64,000 nt of DNA. It comes from Eledone cirrhosa (Eukaryota). Below the pieces are notes generated by a model. It was not told the origin of the DNA. It ran no database searches and saw only the letters and a program-made list of their open reading frames with translations. The stretch is taken from contig OZ024740.1 of the NCBI GenBank assembly GCA_964016885.1, forward strand, positions 295,244,001 to 295,308,000, read 5' to 3'. The translations under genes were made by a program, and so were the position numbers. This document shows, piece by piece, positions 39,747 to 53,504 of this stretch. Numbering within the stretch: the stretch's first letter is position 1; each line of letters begins with the position of its first letter.

Positions 39747-40717
39747 ATCCATTTTTTATTTCGGTGATCCATTTTCTATTTGGGGGATCCATTTTTTATT
39801 TCGGTGATCCATTTTTTATTTGGGTTATCCATTTTTTATTTGATGGATCTCCCAAATAAAAAATGGATCACCCAAATAAAAAATGATCACCCAAATAAAA
39901 ATGGATCACCAAATAAAAATGGATCACCCAAATAAAAACTTGATCCTCCAAATAAAAAATGGATCACCCAAATAAAAAATGGATCCCCCAAATAAAAAAT
40001 GGATCACCCTAATAAAAAATGGATCACCCAAATAAAAAATGGATCCCCCAAATAAAAAATGGATCCCCCAAATAAAAAATGGATCACCCTAATAAAAAAT
40101 TGTTGAAATTTTCGGCTGAAATTGACGAAATTTTCGGGAAAAAATGATGAAATTTTCGGCAAAAATTGTCTAAATTTTCCGGAAAAAAATCACGAAATTT
40201 TCGGCAAAAAATGACGAAATTTTCGTGAAAAAATGCCGAAATTTTCCGCAAAAAATTGACTAAATTTTCTGTAAAAATTGACGAAATTTTCGGTAAAAAA
40301 TGAGGAATTTTTAGGCAAAAATTGACGAAATTTTCGGGAAAAAATGCCGAAATTTTAGGGGAAAAAATGATGAAATTTTCGGCAAAAATTGACGACATTT
40401 TCGGAAAAAAATGACGAAAGTTTCGGGAAAAAATGCCTAAATTTTCGGGAAAAAAGGACGAAATTTTCGGTAAAAAGTGGACTAAATTTTCGGCAAAAAT
40501 TGACGAAATTTTCGGCAGAATTTGACGAAATTTTCTTCAAAAAAATCCGAAATTTTCGGCAAAAATTGACGATATTTTCGGGAAAAAACGCCGAAATTTT
40601 CGAGGAAAAATGAAAAAATTTTCGGCCAAAATGACGAAATTTTCGGGAAAAAACGACGAAATTTTCGTGAAAAAATGCCCAAATGTTCGGAAAAAATGAC
40701 GAAATTTTCGGCAAAAA

Positions 40718-40799
40718 TTAGGAGGTAGAATCTTAGGGGGTAGAACCTTAGGAGGTAAAACCTTAGGAGGTAGAACCAAGGGGTAGAACCTTAGGGGGA
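40718..40799 (+). repeat. TTAGG cassette copy 16
   Basis: Direct sequence match. Confidence 0.95.
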
Positions 40800-42471
40800 A
40801 TCCATTTTTTATTTCGGTGATCCATTTTCTATTTGGGGGATCCATTTTTTATTTCGGTGCTCCATTTTTTATTTGGGTTATCCATTTTTTATTTGATGGA
40901 TCTCCCAAATAAAAAATGGATCACCCAAATAAAAAATGGATCACCCAAATAAAAAATGGATCACCCAAATAAAAAATGGATCATCCAAATAAAAAACTTG
41001 ATCCTCCAAATAAAAAATGGATCACCCAAATAAAAAATGGATCCCCCAAATAAAAAATGGATCCCCCAATAAAAATGGATCCCCCAAATAAAAAATGGAT
41101 CACACAAATAAAAACTGGATGCCCAAATAAAAAATGAATCCCCCAAATAAAAAATTGATCACCCAAATAAAAAATGGATCGCCCAAATAAAAAATGGATC
41201 CAAAAATTAAAAATGGATCACCCAAATAAAAAATGGATCCCTTTTTATTTAGCGGATCCATTTTTTATTTCGGGGATCCATTTTTTATTTGGCTGATCCA
41301 TTTTTTATTTGGGTGATCCATTCTTTATTTGGGGGATCCATTTTTTATTTGGGTGATCCATTTTTAATTTGGGTGATCCATTTTTTATTTGGGGGATCCA
41401 TTTTTTATTTGGGTGATCCATTTTTTATTTGGGGGATCCATTTTTATTTTCGGTGATCCATTTTTATTTGGGTGATCCATTTTTTATTTGGGGATCCATT
41501 TTTATTTGGGTGATCCATTTTTTATTTGGTGGATCCAATTTTTATTTGGGGGATCCATTTTTTATTTGGGTGATCCATTTTTTATTTGGGTATCCATTTT
41601 TAATTTGGGTGATCCATTTTTTATTTGGGTGATCCATTTTTTATTTGAGGGATACATTTTTTATTTGGGGGATCCATTTTTTATTTGATGGATCTCCCAA
41701 ATAAAAAATGGATCATCCAAATTGATGCTGAAATATTCTGGAAAAATTGACGAAATTTTCTGAAAAAATGCCGAAAGTTTAGGGAAAAAAATAATGAAAT
41801 TTTCGGCAAAAATTGACGACATTTTCGGGAAAGAATGACGAAAGTTTCGGCAAAAAGTGACGAAATTTTCTGGAAAAAAACGTCGAAATTTTCGGCAAAA
41901 ATTGTTGAAATTTTCGGCTGAAATTGACTAAATTTTCCGGAAAAAATCACGAAATTTTCGGCAAAAATGACGAAATTTTCGTGAAAAAATGCCTAAATTT
42001 TCCGCAAAAATTGACTAAATTTTCTGTAAAAATTGACGAAATTTTCGGTCAATAATGAGGAATTTTTAGGCAAAAATTGACGAAATTTTCGGGAAAAATG
42101 CCGAAATTTTAGGGGAAAAAATAATGAAATTTTCGGCAAAAATTGACGACATTTTCGGGAAAAAATGACGAAAGTTTCGGGAAAAAATGCCTAAATTTTC
42201 GGGAAAAAAGGACGAAATTTTCGGTAAAAAGTGACGAAATTTTCGGCAAAAATTGACGAAATTTTCGGCAGAATTTGACGAAATTTTCTTCAAAAAATCC
42301 GAAATTTTCGGCAAAAATTGACGATATTTTCGGGAAAAAACGCCGAAATTTTCGAGGGAAAAATGAAAAGATTTTCGGCCAAAATGACGAAATTTTCGGG
42401 GAAAAAACGACGAAATTTTCGTGAAAAAATGCCAAATGTTCGGCAAAAAATGACGAAATTCTCGGCAAAAA

Positions 42472-42553
42472 TTAGGAGGTAGAATCTTAGGGGGTAGAAC
42501 CTTAGGAGGTAAAACCTTAGGAGGTAGAACCAAGGGGTAGAACCTTAGGGGGA
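42472..42553 (+). repeat. TTAGG cassette copy 17
   Basis: Direct sequence match. Confidence 0.95.
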
Positions 42554-45500
42554 ATCCATTGTTTATTTCGGTGATCCATTTTCTATTTGGGGGATCCATT
42601 TTTTATTTCGGTGATCCATTTTTTATTTGGGTGATCCATTTTTTATTTGATGGATCTCCCAAATAAAAAATGGATCACCCAAATAAAAAATGGATCCCCC
42701 AAATAAAAAATGGATCACCCAAATAAAAAATGGATCACCCAAATAAAAACTTGATCCTCCAAATAAAAAATTGATCACCCAAATAAAAAATGGATCCCCC
42801 AAATAAAAAATGGATCCCCCAAATAAAAAATGGATCCCCAAATAAAAAATGGATCACCCAAATAAAAACTGGATCCCCCAAATAAAAATTGGATCCCCCA
42901 AATAAAAAATTGATCACCCAAATAAAAAATGGATCGCCCAAATAAAAAATGGATCCAAAAAATTAAAAATGGATCACCCAAATAAAAAATGAATCACCCA
43001 AATAAAAAATGGATACCCCAAATAAAAAATGGATCACCCAAATAAAAAATGGACCCCCAAATAAAAAAAGGATCACCCAAATAAAAAATGGATCACCCAA
43101 ATAAAAAATGGATACCCAAATAAAAAATGGATCACGCAAATAAAAAATGGATCCCCCAAATAAAAAATGGATCACCCAAATAAAAAATGGATCCCCCAAA
43201 TAAAAAATGGATCACCCAAATAAAAAATGGATCCCCCAAATAAAAAATGGATCCCCAAATAAAAAATGGATCCCCCAAATAAAAAATAGATCACCCAAAT
43301 TAAAAATGGATCACCCAAATAAAAAATGGATCGCCCAAATAAAAAAATGGATCACCCAAATAAAAAATGGATCACCCAAATAAAAAATGGATCCCCCAAA
43401 TAAAAAATAGATCCCCCAAATAAAAAATGGATCCCCCAAATAAAAAATGGATCACCCTAATAAAAAATGGATCACCCAAATAAAAAATGGATCCCCCAAA
43501 TAAAAAATGGATCACCCTAATAAAAAATGGATCCCCCCAAATAAAAAATGGATCACCCAAATAAAAAATGGATCCCTTTTTTATTTAGCGGATCCATTTT
43601 TTATTTCGGGGATCCATTTTTTATTTGGCTGATCCATTTTTTATTTGGGTGATCCATTCTTTATTTGGGGGATCCATTTTTTATTTGGGTGATCCATTTT
43701 TAATTTGGATGATCCATTTTTTATTGGGGGATCCATTTTTTATTTGGGTGATCCATTTTTTATTTGGGGGATCCATTTTTTATTTCGGTGATCCATTTTT
43801 TATTTGGGTGATCCATTTTTTATTTGGGGGATCCATTTTTTATTTGGGTGATCCATTTTTTATTTGGTGGATCCAATTTTTATTTGGGGGATCCATTTTT
43901 ATTTGGGTGATCCATTTTTTATTTGGGGTATCCATTTTTAATTTGGGTGATCCATTTTTATTTGGGTGATCCATTTTTTATTTGAGGGATACATTTTTTA
44001 TTTGGGGGATCCATTTTTTATTTGATGGATCTCCCAAATAAAAAATGGATCACCCAAATAAAAAATGGATCACCCAAATTGATGCTGAAATATTCTGGAA
44101 AAAATGACGAAATTTTCTGGAAAAAATGACGAAATTTTCTGGAAAAATTGACGAATATTCTGGATAAATTGACGAAATATTCGTGAAAATGTCGAAATTT
44201 TTTGGAAACAATGACGAAATTTTCGGGAAATATTGACGAAATTTTCGGGGAAAACGTCGAAATTTTCGGCAAAAATTGTTGAAATTTTCGGCAGAAATTG
44301 TTGAAATTTTCGGCTGAAACTGACGAAATTTTCGGGAAAAAATGACGAAATTTCCGGCAAAAATTTACGAAATTTTCATGAAAAAATGATGAAATTTTCT
44401 GTAAAAATTGACGAAAGTTTCGGGAAAAAATACTGAAATTTTCTGGAAAAAATGACGAAATTTTTAGCAAAAATGACGAAATTTTCTGGAAAAATTGACG
44501 AAATATCCTGGATAAATTGACGAAATATTCGGCAAAAAATGTCGAAATTTTTTTGAAAAAATGACGAAATTATCGGCAAAAAATGATGAAATTTTCGGGA
44601 AAAATTGACGAAATTTTCTTTGATAAATGCCGAAATTTTCGGTAAAAAACGTCGAAATTTTCGGCTGAAACTGACGAAATTTTCGGGAAAAAATGATGAA
44701 ATTTTTGGCAAAAATTGACTAAATTTTCCGGAAAAAATGACGAAATATTCGGCAAAAAATGACGAAATTTTCGTGAACAAATGCCGAAATTTTCCGCAAA
44801 AATTGACTAAATTTTCGGGGAAAATTGAATAAATTTTCGGGGAAAATTGACGAAATTTTCGTTAAAAAATCAGGAATTTTTAGGCAAATATTGACGAAAT
44901 TTTCGGGAAAAATTGACGAAATTTTCGGGGGAAAATGCCGAAACTTTAGGGAAAAAATGATAAAATTTTCGGCAAAAATTGACTACATTTTCGGGAAAAA
45001 ATGACGAAATTTTCGTGAAAAAATGCCGAAATTTTCCGCAAAAATTGACTAAATTTTCTGTAAAAATTGACGAAATTTTCGGTAAAAAATGAGGAATTTT
45101 TAGGCAAAAATTGACGAACTTTTCGGGAAAAAATTCCGAAATTTTAGGGGAAAAAATGATGAAATTTTCGGCAAAAATTGACGACATTTTCGGAAAAAAA
45201 TGACGAAAGTTTCGGGAAAAAATGCCTAAATTTTCGGGAAAAAAGGACGAAATTTTCAGTAAAAAGTGACGAAATTTTCTTTGAAAAATGCCGAAATTTT
45301 CGGGAAAAAACGTCGAAATTTCCGCTGAAACTGACGAAATTTTCGGGAAAAAATGATGAAATTTTGGGCAAAAATTGACTAAATTTTCCGGAAAAAATCA
45401 CGAAATTTTCGGCAAAAAATGACGAAATTTTCGTGAAAAAATGCCGAAATTTTCCGCAAAAATTGACTAAATTTTCGGGGAAAATTGACGAAATTGTCGG

Positions 45501-46342
45501 TAAAAAATCAGGAATTTTTAGGCAAAAATTGACGAAATTTTCGGGAAAAATTGACGAAATTTTCGGGGGAAAATGCCGAAACTTTAGGGAAAAAAATGAT
45601 AAAATTTTCGGCAAAAATTGACTACATTTTCGGGAAAAAATGACGAAAGTTTCGGCAAAAAGTGACGAAATTTTCTGGGAAAAATGCCGAAATTTATCTG
45701 GAAAAAACGTCGAAATTTTCGGCAAAAATTGTTGAAATTTTCGGCTGAAATTGACGAAATTTTCGGGAAAAAATGATGAAATTTTCGGCAAAAATTGTCT
45801 AAATTTTCCGGAAAAAATCACGAAATTTTCGGCAAAAAATGACGAAATTTTCGTGAAAAAATGCCGAAATTTTCGGCAAAAATTGACTAAATTTTCTGTA
45901 AAAATTGACGAAATTTTCGGTCAAAAATGAGGAATTTTTAGGCAAAAATTGACGAAATTTTCGGGAAAAAATGCAGAAATTTTAGGGTTAAAAATGATGA
46001 AATTTTCGGCAAGAATTGACGACATTTTCGGAAAAAAATGACGAAAGTTTCGGGAAAAAATGCCTAAATTTTCGGGAAAAAAGGACGAAATTTTCGGTAA
46101 AAAGTGACGAAATTTTCGGCAAAAATTGACGAAATTTTCGGCAGAATTTGACGAAATTTTCTTCAAAAAAATCCGAAATTTTCGGCAAAAATTGACGATA
46201 CTTTCGGGAAAAAACGCCTAAATTTTCGAGAAAAATGAAAAAAATTTCGGCCAAAATGACGAAATTTTCGGGAAAAAACGACGAAATTTTCGTGAAAAAA
46301 TGCCCAAATGTTCGGAAAAAATGACGAAATTTTCGGCAAAAA

Positions 46343-46424
46343 TTAGGAGGTAGAATCTTAGGGGGTAGAACCTTAGGAGGTAAAACCTTAGGAGGTAGAA
46401 CCAAGGGGTAGAACCTTAGGGGGA
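46343..46424 (+). repeat. TTAGG cassette copy 18
   Basis: Direct sequence match. Confidence 0.95.
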
Positions 46425-47986
46425 ATCCATTTTTTATTTCGGTGATCCATTTTCTATTTGGGGGATCCATTTTTTATTTCGGTGATCCATTTTTTATTTG
46501 GGTTATCCATTTTTTATTTGATGGATCTCCCAAATAAAAAATGGATCACCCAAATAAAAAATGGATCACCCAAATAAAAAATGGATCACCCAAATAAAAA
46601 CTTGATCCTCCAAATAAAAAATGGATCACCCAAATAAAAAATGGATCCCCCAAATAAAAAATGGATCCCCCAAATAAAAAATGGATCCCCCAAATAAAAA
46701 ATGGATCACCCAAATAAAAACTGGATGCCCCAAATAAAAAATGTATCCCCCTAATAATAAATTGATCACCCAAATAAAAAATGGATCGCCCAAATAAAAA
46801 ATGGATCCAAAAAATTAAAAATGGATCACCCAAATAAAAAATGGATCCCTTTTTTATTTAGCGGATCCATTTTTTATTTCGGGGATCCATTTTTATTTGG
46901 CTGATCCATTTTTTATTTGGGTGATCCATTCTTTATTTGGGGGATCCATTTTTTATTTGGGTGATCCATTTTTAATTTGGGTGATCCATTTTTTATTTGG
47001 TGGATCCAATTTTTATTTGGGGGATCCATTTTTTATTTGGGTGATCCATTTTTTATTTGGGGTATCCATTTTTAATTTGGGTGATCCATTTTTTATTTGG
47101 GTGATCCATTTTTTATTTAAGGGATACATTTTTTATTTGGGGGATCCATTTTTTATTTGATGGATCTCCCAAATAAAAAATGGATCACCCAAATAAAAAA
47201 TGGATCACCCAAATTGATGCTGAAATATTCTGGAAAAATTGACGAAATTTTCTGAAAAAAATGCCGAAATTTTAGGGAAAAAAATGATGAAATTTTCGGC
47301 AAAAATTGACGACATTTTCGGGAAAGAATGACGAAAGTTTCGGCAAAAAGTGACGAAATTTTCTGGAAAAAACGTCGAAATTTTCGGCAAAAATTGTTGA
47401 AATTTTCGGCTGAAATTGACGAAATTTTCGGGAAAAAATGATGAAATTTTCGGCAAAAATTGACTAAATTTTCCGGAAAAAATCACGAAATTTTTGGCAA
47501 AAATGACGAAATTTTCGTGAAAAAATGCCTAAATTTTCTGTAAAAATTGACGAAATTTTCGGTTAATAATGAGGAATTTTTAGGCAAAAATTGACGAAAT
47601 TTTCGGGAAAAAATGCCGAAATTTTAGGGGAAAAAATAATGAAATTTTCGGCAAAAATTGACGACATTTTCGGGAAAAAATGACGAAAGTTTCGGGAAAA
47701 AATGCCTAAATTTTCTGGAAAAAAGGACGAAATTTTCGGTAAAAAGTGACGAGATTTTCGGCAAAAATTGACGAAATTTTCGGCAGAATTTTACGAAATT
47801 TTCTTCAAAAAAATCCGAAATTTTCGGCAAAAATTGACGATATTTTCGGGAAAAAACGCCGAAATTTTCGAGGAAAAATGAAAAGATTTTCGGCCAAAAT
47901 GACGAAATTTTCGGGGAAAAACGACGAAATTTTCGTGAAAAAATGCCCAAATGTTCGGCAAAAAATGACGAAATTTTCGGCAAAAA

Positions 47987-48068
47987 TTAGGAGGTAGAAT
48001 CTTAGGGGGTAGAACCTTAGGAGGTAAAACCTTAGGAGGTAGAACCAAGGGGTAGAACCATAGGGGGA
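47987..48068 (+). repeat. TTAGG cassette copy 19
   Basis: Direct sequence match; last unit reads accatagggg. Confidence 0.95.
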
Positions 48069-50233
48069 ATCCATTTTTTATTTCGGTGATCCATTTTCTA
48101 TTTGGGGGATCCATTTTTTATTTCGGTGATCCATTTTTTATTTGGGTGATCCATTTTTTATTTGATGGATCTCCCAAATAAAAAATGGATCACCCAAATA
48201 AAAAATGGATCCCCCAAATAAAAAATGGATCACCCAAATAAAAAATGGATCACCCAAATAAAAACTTGATCCTCCAAATAAAAAATTGATCACCCAAATA
48301 AAAAATGGATCCCCCAAATAAAAAATGGATCCCCCAAATAAAAAATGGATCCCCCAAATAAAAAATGGATCACCCAAATAAAAACTGGATCCCCCAAATA
48401 AAAATTGGATCCCCCAAATAAAAAATTGATCACCCAAATAAAAAATGGATCGCCCAAATAAAAAATGGATCCAAAAAATTAAAAATGGATCACCCAAATA
48501 AAAAATGGATCACCCAAATAAAAAATGGATACCCCAAATAAAAAATGGATCACCCAAATAAAAAATGGACCCCCAAATAAAAAATGGATCACCCAAATAA
48601 AAAATGGATCACCCAAATAAAAAATGGATCCCCCAAATAAAAAATGGATCCCCCAAATAAAAAATGGATCACCCAAATTAAAAATGGATCACCCAAATAA
48701 AAAATGGATCGCCCAAATAAAACATGGATCACCCAAATAAAAAATGGATCACCCAAATAAAAAATGGATCCCCCAAATAAAAAATAGATCCCCCAAATAA
48801 AAAATGGATCCCCCAAATAAAAAATGGATCACCCTAATAAAAAATGGATCACCCAAATAAAAAATGGATCCCCCAAATAAAAAATGGATCACCCTAATAA
48901 AAAATGGATCCCCCCAAATAAAAAATGGATCACCCAAATAAAAAATGGATCCCTTTTTTATTTAGCGGATCCATTTTTTATTTCGGGGATCCATTTTTTA
49001 TTTGGCTGATCCATTTTTTATTTGGGTGATCCATTCTTTATTTGGGGGATCCATTTTTTATTTGGGTGATCCATTTTTAATTTGGGTGATCCATTTTTTA
49101 TTTGGGGGATCCATTTTTTATTTGGGTGATCCATTTTTTATTTGGGGGATCCATTTTTTATTTCGGTGATCCATTTTTTATTTGGGTGATCCATTTTTTA
49201 TTTGGGGGATCCATTTTTTATTTGGGTGATCCATTTTTTATTTGGTGGATCCAATTTTTATTTGGGGGATCCTTTTTTTATTTGGGTGATCCATTTTTTA
49301 TTTGGGGTATCCATTTTTAATTTGGGTGATCCATTTTTTATTTGGGTGATCCATTTTTTATTTGAGAGATACATTTTTTATTTGGGGGATCCATTTTTTA
49401 TTTGATGGATCTCCCAAATAAAAAATGGATCACCCAAATTGATGCTGAAATATTCTGGAAAAATTGACGAAATTTTCTGGAAAAAATGCCGAAAGTTTAG
49501 GGAAAAAAATGATGAAATTTTCGGCAAAAATTGACGACATTTTCGGGAAAGAATGACGAAAGTTTCGACAAAAAGTGACGAAATTTTCTGGAAAAAACGT
49601 CGAAATTTTCGGCAAAAATTGTTGAAATTTTCGGCTGAAATTGACGAAATTTTCGGGAAAAAATGATGAAATTTTCGGCAAAAATTGACTAAATTTTCCG
49701 GAAAAAATCACGAAATTTTCGGCAAAAATGACGAAATTTTCGTGAAAAAATGCCTAAATTTTCCGCCAAAATTGACTAAATTTTATGTAAAAATTGACGA
49801 AATTTTCGGTCAATAATGAGGAATTTTTAGGCAAAAATTGACGAAATTTTCGGGAAAAAATGCCGAAATTTTAGGGGAAAAAATAATGAAATTTTTGGCA
49901 AAAACTGACGACATTTTCGGGAAAAAATGACGAAAGTTTCGGGAAAAAATGCCTAAATTTTCGGGAAAAAAGGACGAAATTTTCGGTAAAAAGTGACGAG
50001 ATTTTCGGCAAAAATTGACGAAATTTTCGGCAGAATTTGACGAAATTTTCTTCAAAAAAATCCGAAATTTTCGGCAAAAATTGACGATATTTTCGGGAAA
50101 AAACGCCGAAATTTTCGAGGAAAAATGAAAAGATTTTCGGCCAAAATGACGAAATTTTCGGGGAAAAACGACGAAATTTTCGTGAAAAAATGCCCAAATG
50201 TTCGGCAAAAGATGACGAAATTTTCGGCAAAAA

Positions 50234-50315
50234 TTAGGAGGTAGAATCTTAGGGGGTAGAACCTTAGGAGGTAAAACTTTAGGAGGTAGAACCAAGGGGT
50301 AGAACCTTAGGGGGA
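50234..50315 (+). repeat. TTAGG cassette copy 20
   Basis: Direct sequence match; aaactttagg variant. Confidence 0.95.
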
Positions 50316-53300
50316 ATCCATTTTTTATTTCGGTGATCCATTTTCTATTTGGGGGATCCATTTTTTATTTCGGTGATCCATTTTTTATTTGGGTTATCCA
50401 TTTTTTATTTGATGGATCTCCCAAATAAAAAATGGATCACCCAAATAAAAAATGGATCACCCAAATAAAAAATGGATCACCCAAATAAAAACTTGATCCT
50501 CCAAATAAAAAATGGATCACCCAAATAAAAAATGGATCCCCCAAATAAAAAATGGATCCCCCAAATAAAAAATGGATCCCCCAAATAAAAAATGGATCAC
50601 CCAAATAAAAACTGGATGCCCCAAATAAAAAATGGATCCCCCAAATAAAAAATTGATCACCCAAATAAAAAATGGATCGCCCAAATAAAAAATGGATCCA
50701 AAAAATTAAAAATGGATCACCCAAATAAAAAATGGATCCCTTTTTTATTTAGCGGATCCATTTTTTATTTCGGGGATCCATTTTTTATTTGGCTGATCCA
50801 TTTTTTATTTGGGTGATCCATTCTTTATTTGGGGGATCCATTTTTTATTTGGGTGATCCATTTTTAATTTGGGTGATCCATTTTTTATTTGGGGGATCCA
50901 TTTTTTATTTGGGTGATCCATTTTTTATTTGGGGGATCCATTTTTTATTTCGGTGATCCATTTTTTATTTGGGTGATCCATTTTTTATTTGGGGGATCCA
51001 TTTTTTATTTGGGTGATCCATTTTTTATTTGGTGGATCCAATTTTTATTTGGGGGATCCATTTTTTATTTGGGTGATCCATTTTTTATTTGGGGTATCCA
51101 TTTTTAATTTGGGTGATCCATTTTTTATTTGGGTGATCCATTTTTTATTTGAGGGATACATTTTTTATTTGGGGGATCCATTTTTTATTTGATGGATCTC
51201 CCAAATAAAAAATGGATCACCCAAATAAAAAATGGATCACCCAAATTGATGCTGAAATATTCTGGAAAAAATGACGAAATTTTCTGGAAAAAATGACGAA
51301 ATTTTCTGGAAAAATTGACGAAATATTCTGGATAAATTGACGAAATATTCGTGAAAAATGTCGAAATTTTTTGGAAACAATGACGAAATTTTCGGGAAAT
51401 ATTGACGAAATTTTCTGTGAAAAATGCCGAAATTTTCGGGGAAAACGTCGAAATTTTCGGCAAAAATTGTTGAAATTTTCGGCAGAAATTGTTGAAATTT
51501 TCGGCTGAAACTGACGAAATTTTCGGGAAAAAATGACGAAATTTCCGGCAAAAATTTACGAAATTTTCATGAAAAAATGATGAAATTTTCTGTAAAAATT
51601 GACGAAAGTTTCGGGAAAAAATACTGAAATTTTCTGGAAAAAATGACGAAATTTTTAGCAAAAATGACGAAATTTTCTGGAAAGATTGACGAAATATCCT
51701 GGATAAATTGACGAAATATTCGGCAAAAAATGTCGAAATTTTTTTGAAAAAATGACGAAATTATCGGCAAAAAATGATGAAATTTTCGGGAAAAATTGAC
51801 GAAATTTTCTTTGATAAATGCCGAAATTTTCGGGAAAAAACGTCGAAATTTTCGGCTGAAACTGACGAAATTTTCGGGAAAAAATGATGAAATTTTTGGC
51901 AAAAATTGACTAAATTTTCCGGAAAAAATGACGAAATATTCGGCAAAAAATGACGAAATTTTCGTGAAAAAATGCCGAAATTTTCCGCAAAAATTGACTA
52001 AATTTTCGGGGAAAATTGACGAAATTTTCGGTAAAAAATCAGGAATTTTTAGGCAAAAATTGACGAAATTTTCGGGAAAAATTGACGAAATTTTCGGGGG
52101 AAAATGCCGAAACTTTAGGGAAAAAAATGATAAAATTTTCGGCAAAAATTGACTACATTTTCGGTAAAAAATGACGAAAGTTTCGGCAAAAAGTGACGAA
52201 ATTTTCTTGGAAAAATGCCGAAATTTATCTGGAAAAAACGTCGAAATTTTCGGCAAAAATTGTTGAAATTTTCGGCTGAAATTGACGAAATTTTCGGGAA
52301 AAAATGACGAAATTTCCGGCAAAAATTTACGAAATTTTCATGAAAAAATGATGAAATTTTCTGTAAAAATTGACGAAAGTTTCGGGAAAAAATACTGAAA
52401 TTTTCTGGAAAAAATGACGAAATTTTTAGCAAAAATGACGAAATTTTCTGGAAAAATTGACGAAATATCCTGGATAAATTGACGAAATATTCGGCAAAAA
52501 ATGTCGAAATTTTTTTGAAAAAATGACGAAATTATCGGCAAAAAATGATGAAATTTTCGGGAAAAATTGACGAAATTTTCTTTGATAAATGCCGAAATTT
52601 TCGGGAAAAAACGTCGAAATTTTCGGCTGAAACTGACGAAATTTTCGGGAAAAAATGATGAAATTTTTGGCAAAAATTGACTAAATTTTCCGGAAAAAAT
52701 GACGAAATATTCGGCAAAAAATGACGAAATTTTCGTGAAAAAATAACGAAATTTTCCGCAAAAATTGACTAAACTTTCAGGGAAAATTGACGAAATTTTC
52801 GTTAAAAAATCAGGAATTTTTAGGCAAAAATTGACGAAATTTTCGGGAAAAATTGACGAAATTTTCGGGGGAAAATGCCGAAAAATTAGGGAAAAAATGA
52901 TAAAATTTTCGGCAAAAATTGACTACATTTTCGTGAAAAAATGCCGAAATTTTCCGCAAAAATTGACTAAATTTTCTGTAAAAATTGACGAAATTTTCGG
53001 TAAAAAATGAGGAATTTTTAGGCAAAAATTGACGAAATTTTCGGGAAAAAATTCCGAAATTTTAGGGGAAAAAATGATGAAATTTTCGGCAAAAATTGAC
53101 GACATTTTCGGAAAAAAATGACGAAAGTTTCGGGAAAAAATGCCTAAATTTTCGGGAAAAAAGGACGAAATTTTCGGTAAAAAGTGACGAAATTTTCGGC
53201 AAAAATTGACGAAATTTTCGGCAGAATTTGACGAAATTTTCTTCAAAAAAATCCGAAATTTTCGGCAAGAATTGACGCTATTTTCGGGAAAAAACGCCGA

Positions 53301-53422
53301 AATTTTCAGGAAAAATGAAAAAATTTTCGGCCAAAATGACGAAATTTTCTGGAAAAAACGACGAAATTTTCGTGAAAAAATGCCCAAATGTTCGGAAAAA
53401 ATGACGAAATTTTCGGCAAAAA

Positions 53423-53504
53423 TTAGGAGGTAGAATCTTAGGGGGTAGAACCTTAGGAGGTAAAACCTTAGGAGGTAGAACCAAGGGGTAGAACCTTAGG
53501 GGGA
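53423..53504 (+). repeat. TTAGG cassette copy 21
   Basis: Direct sequence match. Confidence 0.95.

Larger units (their letters stand above)
31732..39850 (+). repeat. Tandem duplication, unit ~3.96-3.98 kb, each copy carrying a cassette-less A-to-C junction
   Basis: Junction agtttcggcaaaaatggatcaccc at ~33241 and ~37217; ORF offsets 33116/37092 (3976) and 33736/37713 (3977). Confidence 0.9.
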
